Positions 27,899 to 41,199 of a stretch of 63,725 bases of DNA are shown piece by piece. Made by a program: the position numbers and the translations under genes. Location: positions 97,362 to 161,086 of the forward strand of contig NW_019218288.1 of assembly GCF_002571385.2 (NCBI RefSeq), read 5' to 3'. The DNA is from Stylophora pistillata. Lineage: Eukaryota. Position 1 is the first letter of the stretch; every line of letters starts with the position of its first letter. The notes under the pieces were generated by a model. The model worked only from the letters and a program-made list of their open reading frames with translations. It had not been told where the DNA came from and made no database searches.

Positions 27899-28893
27899 TA
27901 AAGGTATATTGAATTTCGTATACCTTACAACCTTGTTTGCATGTGGTTTAAATTTTCAGTGTGGTATACAAACGGCTATCTCTTGTCTACTTGAATACAA
28001 ACGTAAGTTGGGGCAAACGGAAACTGCTCTCATTCACATATGCAAAGGGAACTAACGAGTCAACTTGAATACGGAAGTTGTGTTTCCCCCGCTGTTATGA
28101 AATCGGACAGTAAAAATTATTGTTACAAGAGTGCGTATAGAGTCTTTTACAAAATTAAAAGCAAACGCGTACACAATAAAGGCCGAAAGAATATCTTCAA
28201 ACTTACCTCGGTTCTTGTTTTATTCTCGTCTTGTTCTAACTGGAAGGTAGTAGGCAGGAGATTCGAAGTAAATGTTCTAGTTACGGAGCGGAGACGAATT
28301 TCCACGATCGAATTTGGGCTGGAATATTCAATTTGTTTGGAGAGCGTTTTTTAAATTATCCAGAACTCTGCAGACTACCTCCCAACAGGCTTGAACCGAT
28401 GTCACCGTAAGTCTACAACACAACACTGGTTAACAAACTGTTTCAAAACGAAAAGAAAGCCTGTAAAGTTGCACCTCTTTTGTCTAGAAATGTTTAACCA
28501 ACTGACCATTGTGCGCGAAGAAACAAATAAAATGTAAATATCAAATAAATTAGCTGGGAAAATCGCGGCATAAAGATTGGCACCTGTCAATTATGAGCTT
28601 GTAATGTACGAGTGGTTTCCTTTTAGTTCATTCAGACTTTAGAATTTTACGAGCAGTGCACTTGTATTTTTCACTGCAAAGAAGTCGGATCATCATTATA
28701 TGGTGTGATTTAGTGCTTTTCTACGAGAAAAAAGTTGCTCAAGGGAACGAAAGATTCCAGAAGTCATGAATGAAATTTGATCTTTCCACGTGCATCACAT
28801 CCTTCACTGTTTGTTTTCATATGCCCCTCAGAGGTGAAGCAAGTGTGCAGTTGATAATCGTCCGTTCGCTGAGCTAGAGGTTCCTTTCCAGTC

Positions 28894-31800
28894 ATGTCTC
28901 GTGCAAATTTAAAGGATGGCGTCGTAAATTTAACTGTCACGGAAACTCGGGGGAAAAATTTAGAAGTCCCGGAACAAAAATCAGCCAAAAACAGCGATGT
29001 TGTACCAGAGGTAGCTGTGGCGGACGAAAGAGGAGGATGGGGAAACAAGATAGAATTCATTTTGGCCACTGTTGGCTTCGCGGTCGGTCTTGGAAACATA
29101 TGGAGATTTCCTTATCTGTGCCAGAAAAGCGGAGGAGGTATTTTATCTGACATCAGTTCTTGGCTGAGGCCTTTTTGTCTGGGGCAAACCTCAAAATGTA
29201 ATCGGTTGAAAGGTTACTAAAACCATGGAGGTCCACCCCCGATTATTATTAATCACAGGTTAAAATTGGCGGACCGGCAATCTTATTTGTATTGTTGGTA
29301 ATTGAATAACGCCTGTTTCAAAATTTTTCGGGTGGAAGATTTTATTTTACCTCCTTTGGTCTGAAGAAATTTACGCATGAAAATTATATTCAAAAGAAAT
29401 TTGAGATCAGACCGGCCCATTGACGCTAAATTAATAGCATGAGTACTTGAAAATCGTGTTTGAGATATCTTATTAGCCGTGTTTTACTGTTTTACTTGGT
29501 GAACTTCATTGTTTAGTTTTAGCTATTTAGAAGCAGAAGGCGAAACGGATCAAAGTAATTTCTTTTGAAATTAGACCTGCGTGCGACACGTATTCGCTCG
29601 TTTAGATGCAAACGATTTTGATGTTTGTTTAGCTCAAGTACGTCTGCCTGATTTTATCAACGATAAATATTTCCTCCACAAAATACGAAGAAACGCTTTA
29701 TCCAAAACAAACTGCGTGTCTCGCTTATCTCGGATAATTTTGTTTTTGTCGATTGCTTGTGTTCATATTCACGCCAAAATTCCCGCGGCAACTACTTCAT
29801 TGATTTTGTGTTGTTTACCTTTTAAAACTAGAGCTTCTCACAAAATTTTCGGACGGTTGATATAGTAAAATACTTGCATACTAAACAAATGGTTTGGTCT
29901 GCTGTTGATCGGATTTTTGAGGGCTTAGAATGGTGCTCTTGAGGCAGTCACGCTCTTGGACGTGTGTGACTGGACTATGTTAAGGCTCTTTTGTGACAAG
30001 CCGCAACCCGCTACCCGCTTTTGTTTTGCCCAATATGTTTCGCGACAATATTTCACTATGGTTTTGAAAATAAATTTATTTGTGAAGTGACTGTTATTAT
30101 TGTCAAATATTGTACTCATGGTCGCTTTGTTTGGTCACGTTAATCTTTGGTTATAACAGGATATTTATCAACAGATAAGCATAAATTAAATTTGGACCAG
30201 AATCTCTTGGCACTGAATTTTGATTAGGCAGTTCAAAGGCTAATTGCTGTTTCCTGACGGCCAGGTATTCACAAGAGGTCAAACTTGGACCACTGCTTCG
30301 AATAATCTTTTAAAGTGATTTTTCCTTGGTTGGATCAACACTGTTCACAGTAATCAACATTTATATGAACCTTGAGGCTAACATGAAGATGGTTAACAAG
30401 GTTTTGCACAGTGAAACTGAACTTTGTATCTTGTGGGAGTTATGCTCTGAAAATTGTTTCCTCAGAAGATCAATATTTACTTTGTTTACATTGTTTTATG
30501 GCAAAACAGATAAGAGACAGTCATATTTGGTTGTGCTAAAAACTCGCAATAACTCTTTTGTGATTAACCTAAGGACTTTTCGCACCAAAATATTTATAGT
30601 CACAAAAATATCAATCAGTGGATTTTTCTATCTTTTTAGTTTGTCAATGCTATATGTGCAGAAAGGTGCCCTGAAGATGGGCCTACTACTTTTAACTGTG
30701 TTTCTTAAAGGAATTTTTTATTCACGGCTTTGTCTCTTTACTGGCAGTGTACATGTCTTTACTAATAAATAACATTCCAGAATTTACTTCAGTCTGTCAA
30801 TTTGAAAGAGAGATTTGCCAGAGGACCTTAGCAGAATGATCACAGTCATCAATAGTTCATATTCCACACAATGTTTGGTTATAAAGGTTCAGTAACTGAC
30901 GGTCATCAAATATGATTCGCTGAAATTTAAATTTAACAAAATTAAAAATGATCTTGATGTTGTATAACTGTTCAAAACATTCAAGTAATGTGATAATTGA
31001 GCTTTTGTGAGTTTTTTGACAATGAGCCCAAAAGAACAATTGTTTTCTCATACTGTGTAATTTTGCATTGAAAATCAAAGATGAGACTTTGATGTGTTCA
31101 GAACAGGGGTAGTTCTATAAAACTTATTGCAGCAAGAGAGTCAAAGACATGTAAATTGTGGCAAGAAACACAAAAGGACTCCCCCATTCCTTTCTAAGAA
31201 CCCATAACATGTGGTTTGGTTGCTCAAACATGAATAAAATACAACAAAGAAGGTGCCCTGTTGCTACTCAAGTCCCAAACCTGCTTCTGAATACAATTAG
31301 ACTGTGTTTTCTAATGCATTACATTTTTGTCTTTGTTAGCTCATACAATAATTACCAGTAAATGATTATGAGTCACTACTTATACAAAACATGTTTTAGT
31401 CTAACAGAACTATTTTTCATTTACAGGTGCATTTTTGATTCCATACTTCCTGAGTCTTTTCCTCATTGGTATCCCACTGTTCTTCCTTGAGCTCGCCATT
31501 GGCCAGAGTCTGCGACAGGGATCTGTTGGAGTATGGAATGCCATTCACCCATACCTTGGAGGTGTTGGTTATGCCTGTGTTGTTGTCTGTCTGCTTGTGG
31601 GAATGTACTACAACATGGTCATTTCCTGGTGCTTCTATTATCTGTTTGCATCATTTCAAGACCCTCTGCCATATGCTGAGTGCCCCCGACTGGATAATGG
31701 TACATTGCATGAAGAGTGTGAGCAGGCTGGTCATACACAGTTCTATTGGTACAGAAAAGCCCTTGATGTAACTCCCTCAATTGAGGAGAGTGGAGGTCTT

Positions 31801-34800
31801 GTTTGGCATCTTGTCCTTGTGTTGTTAGTAGCTTGGGCGGTTGTGTTCCTCTGCATGATGAGAGGGGTTCAGTCAGCTGGAAAGGTAACTCATTAACGGG
31901 TTACTGTATGCTCATGTAAGACTATTGACGGGGACAATTTATTTCCCAAAATCTACTAAAACCTTGAAACCCTACAGTTCTAACTCTAAAGGTGCAAACC
32001 CTTGGAAATATGAAATTTGAAGATAATGAGTTAACATTGTCTCACACTGGCTCACTTTAGACTGCCTCGTCCAAATTTCTTTCAACTAACTGACTTAAAC
32101 ATAATCCAAAAAAATTGTGGAAAAATTCTGATGAGGATTCTAAGGGCATTGTTCTATTTATCACTTTTCAGGCAGTGTACTTTACTGCTACTTTCCCTTA
32201 CATTGTCTTGACCATCTTCTTTGGTCGTGGTGTCAGCTTGGAAGGTGCTGGTGCTGGAATTACCCACATGCTGAAACCCCAGGTTTGTGTCTAGTCATTC
32301 TACAACATGTTTGTCAGGGACCTTTTAATAATACCATGTGTGGGTTTTCAAATATCCAATCTAATTTAATGCCACATGAGAGAAAGAAGGTTTACGGGTA
32401 CTTGTATCATCACCAACTATGCCTACCCTGGGCTCGCGCTGGGATGCCACAAAGGGCTTAAGAAATAAGTAAAAAGGATGAAAGATTTCATGAAAGGATT
32501 AGTAAAGGGGGGAAAACATTGTCTTCCTCTGTCAGAGTAAATATTATATAAATAGGAAAGTTTGTAAATGAAAATACAAGGTCAGCAGTAGTAGGAGGTT
32601 TTTGGCTGGAATAGCATCATTGGAATCTCTATGTTTTCATTTCATGGTAGCAGCAAAGTGGATTACTCGTCCATTTCTTCATCGTCTCTGACTTGTTTTA
32701 TTGCAGTTTTCAAAGCTTGCAAATCCTCAGGTGTGGCTGGAAGCTGCAACACAAATTTTCTTTTCTCTAAGTGTGGCCTTTGGAGGACTTATTGCCATGT
32801 CCAGTTACAATCCAGTGCACAACAACTGCCACCGTGATGCCATTATGGTCTCATTGATCAATTGTGGAACATCAGTGTTTGCCAGTATTGTAATTTTCAG
32901 CATCCTCGGTTTCAAGGTTTGTCTTAAGATTCCCTTCTTTCAAGTTCCGTACACTTCTATACTTATATCTTTCAACAGTTTTAAGGTGTGAATTACAACA
33001 TGATGAAGATTTGGAAAGGACCTGCTTCATATTTGTAACTTTTGTGAGATCACAAATTTTATTCCAGAATGGATAACTGTTGTATGTTGCACTCACATTT
33101 TCCCCATTCTTTCCAATTTTTCTCCCTTTTCTCTTTCATCTGCATTATCTGCTAGTAACAGAAATCTAAATTCTAGCCTTTAAGTTGATGTTAAACCAGG
33201 TCTGGGGCGGATTCAGGATTTAGTCAAGGGGGGCTTGGAGGATTGTCTGAGGGCATATACTTCCATGGGAGATTGTGAAAATTAGGTCTTTGAAAACGTG
33301 ATTTCCAGCATTTTTGAGGGAAATTTTAAGGGGTTTGACCAAACCACCCAAACCATCCCTGGATCTGCTTCAGCAGGTGATTTGCTCAGTTTTTTTACCC
33401 AACCTTTTAATTCAACTTTAATTGTATTCAAATCTGGATCTGTAATACTTTGTATTTTATATGCAATCCTTTTCATATCCTTACTAGAACTAGAGTATAT
33501 TGTCTAACTTCCCTTCAGGGAGCTTTGTTATAGCATCACTTTAAGTTAAAAAGTATGATATTTGGTACATTTTAGGCCACTCGTTCTTTCCATGAGTGTC
33601 AAGATTTTTATGGACGTATAAATGACACCAATGGAACTGATTTGGTTGCTGAGAAGTGCAAGGACTTGGAACATTGGCTGTCCCAGGTAAGGTGGAGGTT
33701 ATTTTATTATCATAACCAGAAGAATTCTTACAAGCTCATTGGATAAGAGCTATTTTTAACACGGGTACAGTCAGTGAAAATGATATCGATGATGTCAATC
33801 CAGAACAGCTCAAAATAATTATGTTACTGCTTAGGTCATTTGGATAACACTTCATTGCTTAAAGATTTTAATCTGAACATGTTAGAAGCAGGTCTGGTGG
33901 GTACATGTTTTGTTTTCAGCGGGGTGTGTTTAAAACACGAAATGGCGAAATGACGAAATGGTACCAAATATACGAGGCAAAGTTATAAGATATTACCGCT
34001 CCAATAGAAGTTGTAATGTTGCCCGATTTATTCTGTTTGGGAACGAGCATCTAATTTTTCAGTTTACCTTGTATCTATTTTATATAAACATCCCACGTCA
34101 CTCCGTTTCCCTGCAAAGTACACATTTGCCAAATATCTCGTGTAAACTTCATCACGAAGTGAGTTCTGTTTTCATCATCCATTCCATGTGATTGCTGGAG
34201 CTCTAAGCATAACGTTATAGCCGCTGCTCAATGGTAAATACGAGATAAACAAACCGTTTTCTTCCCAAAACGCCGCCATTTTGATGAGGAATATCCTAAG
34301 CGTCAAATCTGCACCCTGTTAACAGAGAGAGACTGGAGTCGAGTTTACCGAAAGGTCCATGAAGACAAATTTGTGATTGTAGATGTTTCTTTTATTTGTG
34401 GCGATTAATCCACAGAGTAAATTTGGCAACAGATGGAGATTTCAGTGGAATGGTAATACCTTAGAACTTTGGCCCTTGTCTTAAGTGCCACTTCGCCATT
34501 TTGCCATTTCGTCGTTTCACCGTTTCATGTTTTAAACACGCCCTTTTCAGCACTATTGCTTTCACTTCGTTGATTCCCAAGCAGTAGTAGTATACCATTT
34601 ATGTACAAGCAACAGACTTGACTATTATACAAAACCTCAAAATAAATACATAAAAAAACTGGATCTTGGTCAATGTTCTTATCTCAAATTTCTGGCACTA
34701 ATACTCAAAATACGCATACCGTATTTTGCTTATCATTTCCTTGCTGTTAGTTTACCAGGGCCCAGTTGTTCAAAGACTGATTAGCACTTACCCAGGGTTA

Positions 34801-36905
34801 AATTTTAATCAAGGTTTCTATATTTCTTTGTTCAGAAGCTGTTTTAAGATAATTTTCTCAATTCTTCTTAGAGCATTCAGTCATCAAATAGTAAACAAAT
34901 GGAATTAATCTGAATTTTATTTTAAAACTTTCAGATTTGCAATTAAATTTCACCGTAACCCTCGGTTATCTTAACCTACATTTAAACAACCCAGCCTCTA
35001 ACCTCTTACCACATACCACACTGTTCACACTGTGACTCTCGCTTGGTTTAGTTGGTGACTTTTCCTCTAATTTTGTAGTCTGCATCTGGCCCTGGTCTGA
35101 CATTCATTGCTTTCACTGAGGCCATTGTTAAAATGCCTGCCTCACCTCTCTGGTCTGTGCTGTTCTTTACCATGTTACTGACCCTTGGACTTGGCAGCAT
35201 GTTTGGAACTCTGGAAGGAGTCATCACTCCCTTTTATGACATGAAAATTGTGCCATGGAGGAAAGAGATCATGACTGGTATGTGTCTTGGTTGTTATAGT
35301 AACTGTTGTGTGTTTAGTGCTACCAAAATGACGTCCTAAATGTCCAGATTATGCAGTACAGTATCTCATCAGTGATTAGGAATCTGCTTTGTCATATCAT
35401 GTTCATCAGAGTGTGGGTATCATGAGGTAGAGAATGTTGTGAGATAATTAGAAAGCTTTTACGGCTCTCCTAGTTTGGTCACTGTGGGGATAACTGGTAA
35501 TGTTAACATAACATAACGAATAGGATTTATTTGTAGGTATCATCTGTGTCTTCTGTTACATCGTTGGGTTACTGTTTACCCAGCATTCTGGACAATACTG
35601 GCTCCAGATGTTCGATAATTACTGTGCTACTCTGCCTCTGCTGTTCATTGGCCTGTTTGAACTTGTTGGTGTGAGTTACATCTATACAATTGAAAGGTGA
35701 GAGTACACCCCAATATAGGAAGAGCCATGATTGGAGGTGTTTGTTTTGTATGTGTGGCTTTTCTGCAAAGTGGCTCTGACATCTTGATCTTTTCTCCACA
35801 ACAGGTTTGAAGATGACATACAGTACATGATTGGCTTCAGGCCACATCCATATTGGAGGATCTGCTGGCGCTATATATCACCTTTCCTCATTTCTGTTAT
35901 TCTCATTGCTAGCATCATTAATCTAGCAATCACGCCCATGACATATACAGCATGGGATCCTAAACTTGTGAGTGTTCAGGCCAATTTTTTCTTTGTCAAT
36001 CTAAACTATAAAAAAATTCTTAAGCATGATTGGTTATTGGCAGCATGATTTTAACACTAGTAGGATAGTCAATGCATCATCCTTGTAACTGGACATTGTA
36101 ATAGAACAGTTTTTCTGCTCTGTAGTCATTCAAATTTGTCGATTAGTGGTACATGGAATCCACTACATCCTATTCTTGAATTGAAAGAAGCACAAATCTT
36201 TGATCACAGACCAACTACATGGTCAAAAGGTCACAATAGCAGCTAGAAGTTGTAGAAAAACTACAAAGAAGCACAGATAGAAAAAAATTATGAAAATACA
36301 GAAGAGCCAAAAGATTTTATTCCAAGGGGGAAGAAGGATACTTAAGGAAGGGTAAACAGTTAGCTTTAAGAAAGAAATTATTACAACTACAGAAAGAGGA
36401 CAAGACATCGGTGAGGTTTGCATTACAAACTTAATCGTGTGCTTAAACTGTCCACACAACAAAATGGACATAGTTACAGTTATCAACTTGCAAAAATATT
36501 AGTATTTGTTTGCATGGAACTTGTAACATTTCACAAGCAGACAAAGATTAGGTGATAAATGTGATTTAAAGGGGTTACAGGCATAATTATTTTTACATGA
36601 TATATGTAGGTGAAAACCAAATTAACCTTTTTTCCTCTGTTTGGTGTTTTCAGTTCAAGACAGCAGACTTGAGCTATCCTGGATGGGGCTATGCTGTCAT
36701 TGTCCTCCTTATAGCAACATCAGTGCTCTTCATTCCTATTTTTGCATTGCTGCGCTATTTTGGGATCTTGAAATACAAGAAGCCAATGCCTCAACAGAGT
36801 GCGGGTGACCGTATTCCCCCAGGATCAATCACTCCATCACTGTCTCGTGTCCCCCTGCCACCCATGGAAGTACCACTGTCTGGAACTCGAGATGATGAGG
36901 ATTAA
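28894..36905 (+). CDS. SLC6 neutral amino acid transporter, paralog C (exon 1b form ~635 aa; exon 1a form ~641 aa)
   Basis: Exons 28894-29137, 31427-31884, 32172-32282, 32707-32916, 33576-33686, 35079-35277, 35537-35696, 35805-35967, 36654-36905; 1908 nt in frame. Motifs [42 protein letters not shown] and [12 protein letters not shown]. Confidence 0.94.
33208..33370. mobile_element. Degenerate MITE-like repeat
   Basis: Imperfect inverted ends GGGGCGGATTCAGG / CCTGGATCTGCTTC. Confidence 0.45.
33921..34543. mobile_element. MITE with ~8-bp TSD (hAT-like)
   Basis: TIRs GGGTGTGTTTAAAACACGAAATGGCGAAATGACGAAATGG / CCATTTCGTCGTTTCACCGTTTCATGTTTTAAACACGCCC; direct flanks TTTTCAGC at 33913-33920 and 34544-34551. 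Confidence 0.82.
34758..34997. mobile_element. Degenerate MITE-like repeat
   Basis: Imperfect inverted ends GGCCCAGTTGTTCAAA / TTTAAACAACCCAGCC. Confidence 0.5.
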
Positions 36906-36917
36906 TGCTAAGTTTGT

Positions 36918-37209
36918 GGTAACTATCAAGAAGAACTCCCTCAAAAAACCTGTCAGCCAACAATTTTAAGTACACCTGTTGGCTGACAGATGGCTAACAG
37001 TTGGTATAAGTGATTCAAAGTGTATAACTACAGAGTAACTTCAACATTTAAAAGTACACATTAAGTATAGTCAAATTTTTGTTTTTCTTTTTATTATTAT
37101 GGGTTCTATCACCAATATTAGTAACCCATTGGCTGCCTGTTAGTTATCTGTCAGCCAACAGACAACTGACAGGTTGGGTTTTTTAGGGAGCTCTTCTTCA
37201 CAGTAACCC
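36918..37209. mobile_element. MITE immediately after the stop codon of SLC6 paralog C (related to 46616-47060)
   Basis: Inverted ends GAAGAACTCCCTCAAAAAACCTGTCAG / CTGACAGGTTGGGTTTTTTAGGGAGCTCTTCTTC with internal TGTCAGCCAACA motifs. Confidence 0.65.
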
Positions 37210-37458
37210 AGTCTGTAGATGCTTGCTTAATTAGCTCTTTTGTGTGGGTTTTGGAACTTTGAGGCAAGGAGGAAGGGTAACATTTGGGTGCAGGTACAAA
37301 ACTGCCAGCTAAGCAAGCAATGTTAAAGCTAATGATTGTATATAATTTAGCTTTGGAGTTAAGGCGTAATTTTTCTTCCTTTTATCTGTATAAAGTTAGC
37401 CAAAATATAAAAAGGTGTTTTCCTTGCGTTAAAAAAATTCATAGTCTTTTAAAAAAAA

Positions 37459-37795
37459 NNNNNNNNNNNNNNNNNNNNNNNNNNNNNNNNNNNNNNNNNN
37501 NNNNNNNNNNNNNNNNNNNNNNNNNNNNNNNNNNNNNNNNNNNNNNNNNNNNNNNNNNNNNNNNNNNNNNNNNNNNNNNNNNNNNNNNNNNNNNNNNNNN
37601 NNNNNNNNNNNNNNNNNNNNNNNNNNNNNNNNNNNNNNNNNNNNNNNNNNNNNNNNNNNNNNNNNNNNNNNNNNNNNNNNNNNNNNNNNNNNNNNNNNNN
37701 NNNNNNNNNNNNNNNNNNNNNNNNNNNNNNNNNNNNNNNNNNNNNNNNNNNNNNNNNNNNNNNNNNNNNNNNNNNNNNNNNNNNNNNNNNNNNNN
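37459..37795. other. Assembly gap (N run)
   Basis: 337 Ns; a second small gap lies at 49035-49055. Confidence 0.99.
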
Positions 37796-37834
37796 AAAAA
37801 AAATACTAAAAATTGAGGTGATATATGAATTTCA

Positions 37835-38150
37835 TTTATTACACGACTCGGGCAGTCAGAGGGCCAATAACTAAAATAAACCAATCAAAATGCTCTATTG
37901 CCGGTCCAATATTCTCTAAGTATTGGACTGGGCACTGTCCTGAATTGTCCCAAATGACACCACACTTGTGTCCCTTTGAACTTCAGTCGTATAATAAATC
38001 TCTTATTAACCAAGCTTGCTCGGGACTGTACTGGAAGAATATCAGCCCTTGTTCTTTTTTGTTCAGACCTCGCTGCGCTCGGTCCGTGCAAAAAAGACCA
38101 AGGGCCAATATTCTCCCAGTACGGCCCTCACGCATGGTTAACAAGATATA
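37835..38150. mobile_element. Non-autonomous double-hairpin repeat (MITE-like), copy 2
   Basis: Dispersed copy of 6586-6900 in the same orientation. Confidence 0.8.
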
Positions 38151-41100
38151 TATATTTGTTGTGTTTAAAGATATTTTAGTGGGTGTCTGTTTAAAGTATA
38201 GTGCACAGGTTTAGCTTGAAAAGAATTTGTAGGAGGTGATAGAATTGTGAAAGTACAATCCAAACAGTGATGCATGTATGAACTGCTCCTACTGCTTTTT
38301 ATGGCTGCATGTGAACATGTTTTCACAAGCCTGTTGAAGTGCATCCTCAGGACTCCAGAATGCTTTACTATAAACCAAGTTTACTTGCACTGAAATATAC
38401 TTGCTGTTAAGCCAAGTACTTAGAGCAGGCCCAAACCTGTTAACTTTCCATACTCGGGGTTCAAATAATATTTCTTAATGATAACCCGAGTTGTTGTGGT
38501 TTGTGGGTTTCAACAGTTTTTTTGGCCGCACAAGTTGGTTGGTGCATGCTCTAGCTGTTGCACAAACGGCTGTGTTTGACAGAGTTGTGATAATTCTTAC
38601 TTTCATCTTCCAGAGTACAGTGTTAAGTCAGTAATGTGGATAGTCTTTTTTTGCTGGCTATTTACCCAAATTCATGATAGAGGTAGATATCTTTTACTAA
38701 CAACTTTCTCTGACGCTCTGATGTCAAGTTCAATTTATTATTCATAAGTGATGCTATGATTTCAAGGTTTGGTTCATCAGGTGCGGTGTCTGCCAACTGC
38801 AGGACAGTTGTGAGATTTTCAACATACATATACACAGTGCTTTCCATAAGATTTGAAGTAGGTGGCTACCTTGGTACAGCACCGGCCAGAGAGTGACTGG
38901 AGCGTGACTTGAACATGGTGACTGCAACTTGAGCGCCATGAAATATACCCAGCGACTCACAACAGAATACTCGCCGGAGCTCCAGCGGGTGCTGGGTCTT
39001 ATTAAAAGCACTGCATACACCATGTGATTCTAAATATTTATGATGTAATTGAAACTAATTAAACCAGATCGGTCCAGGTGACTTCGCAAATAAAATGTTT
39101 GTCATCCTTGCACCTAATTTTCTTAACCAGAATCGAAACTTGAAACCAAAAAGAAACTGAGAAATTCATTTGAGCTTTGGAGAAACAACATTTTTTGTTT
39201 ATTGAATAATAGCGATAAATTAGGGTGATTTTGTTAGTGATCTTGTCATGTTGTTTTGCTTTATTAACTAAAATTTGCCCATTATATTTGAACGTCCTTC
39301 TGTTCTTAATTTTATTGTTCTGAAAGTGCTTTCATTATGCAAAGGAAATATTTCTTTTGAATGTTATTCAGCTTTCATCAAAATTTAGTGGAGAACTTTG
39401 TCAGGTGGAAATCTTTTAATTCAATGCTGTTGTTGTTGTTGTTGTTGTTGTTTTTTTTTTTCTCAAACATACCTAATGATGGTCTTATATACCTCTGAAA
39501 CAGTCTCTCATTTAATTCTAGGGGTTTATCACATTGTTTTTCTTTATATTCAACCCCTTTTTCCTTTACTAGTGTGACACAATAGATTCAAAGGTATCCC
39601 AGAAAGGTAGAGAATGTATACGATTAAAACAGATCGTAGTTACCGTCTTGAAAGGTCTAGGCTCAAGTTTTCAAGATTGAAAAATATGACTAGCCTTTTT
39701 CAATGAAAGGCTTGCCGTAACATAGTTTATGTGTGACATGATATGGTGACAATAATAATTTCATAAAGAATTATTAGATTGTATGGATACGGAGGAGATC
39801 TTTAACTTTTTAAGACTTTGTCAACCACAATAATTGTATAATATCCTGCCCTGATTTTAGATTTACCAGTTATAATATTTGTTCAGCTTACAAATTTATC
39901 CATGAGTACTGTTTTATGTTACTGCCAATGATAAAAAATACGTTATAGTTTGTGTTATCATGAGTGGTGGATGGGCGAAATCTTAAGTTTTTACTTAGCC
40001 TTATTCAGTACACAAAAATTGATTTTTATCCATGATAATTACTTGATAAGTCAGATTTTAACCAAATGAGAACTGTATCGTCTTCACACATGTAATTCAT
40101 AACATTATGATGACATTTAGTAATCTGAAGGTCAAAAGCCATTTGCTTGTTAGCTAGTGTAGGATCTATGAAGTGAGACGGCTTGTATACAAATGCTCGT
40201 TCGCCCATTATATCTGGGCTCCTCGCTTGTTATTAGAGCAGTGATGTTTTTGGAGAGCTTGTGAGTGCTTCGAAAACTTTCCTGATTGCAAAATATGGGA
40301 GAAGGTTATTTAAAAAAATCACTCTTTCCTTTAACAAGTGATATATATTCATGCAATAGTCAATTACATTTTAGAGCTAATTTGATGTATTTTATGGCCG
40401 TTTTAATGCTTGACTCTATGGCAGTCTTAGTAATATTAATGTAACATTTTCATCGTTCTTCAGTTATTCTATGCTTACTCGCGTCGACTAGTGTGCAATG
40501 TGAAATGAAATAAACTTCTCTTGTCATTATAGTCCACTCATTTGTTTTTGTCATTTTGTACTTTAAATAGAAGTACAAGCCACTTAGCCAAATTCTGAGT
40601 CACTTCAGCATAATCAAAGTACGTAATTACAACCGAAGTGAATAGGGAAAGAATGTTACTCTGTTTTCTTGACGTTAAATTCAACAGGAAGTACTGCCTA
40701 CCCTTATCGTAAGACAAGGAAAAAGTCCCACTACACTCTTGGAGTGAGTTTCAAAGCCACTTTCAAATAATAAGGAGCACTCCGTGGAGTGGATAAATAC
40801 AAATAATTCAACTTAACAAGGTTTGAAATTTGTTATTTTGCGTAAGCTCCACAAAGTTTGCGCTCTTCAAGAAGTAAAAGTGCATGACCTTGAAGCAAGA
40901 ATCACTTTATCGTTGCAAGACTGGAAAAGAAAAATCTAGTCATCCAAGCAGGGAATCCTCATTAAGGAATTTTGCACCACGTAGAATGAATTTTGCAGCA
41001 CCTCAAAGGCAACTGCAGAATTTACTTTTAGAGGTCTTTACGGAAAACTGCAGCCCCCATACTCGCCCTTTAGCTAGAATTTTGGCTCTCTCGGTCAGGC

Positions 41101-41199
41101 CATCCTGATAGAAATTCTTTTCTCCTTCCCCTTTTACAACTGTAAAACTGAGAAGCACAGAAAACACCACTCTCGAAGAGTTGAATTTCATGAGTGCTC

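Noticed and set aside
906-36905. Assigning monoamine/GABA transporter identity or a specific SLC6A gene symbol
   Set aside because: TM1 has Gly rather than Asp and TM8 LGLGSMFG fits the B0AT group, but one-to-one orthology cannot be determined without a phylogeny.
37284-37884. Long ORFs of 196 and 151 aa
   Set aside because: Open only because they span the N gap.
38662-39023. Minus-strand ORFs of 61 and 89 aa
   Set aside because: No recognisable domain or splice framework; more likely UTR or intergenic sequence.
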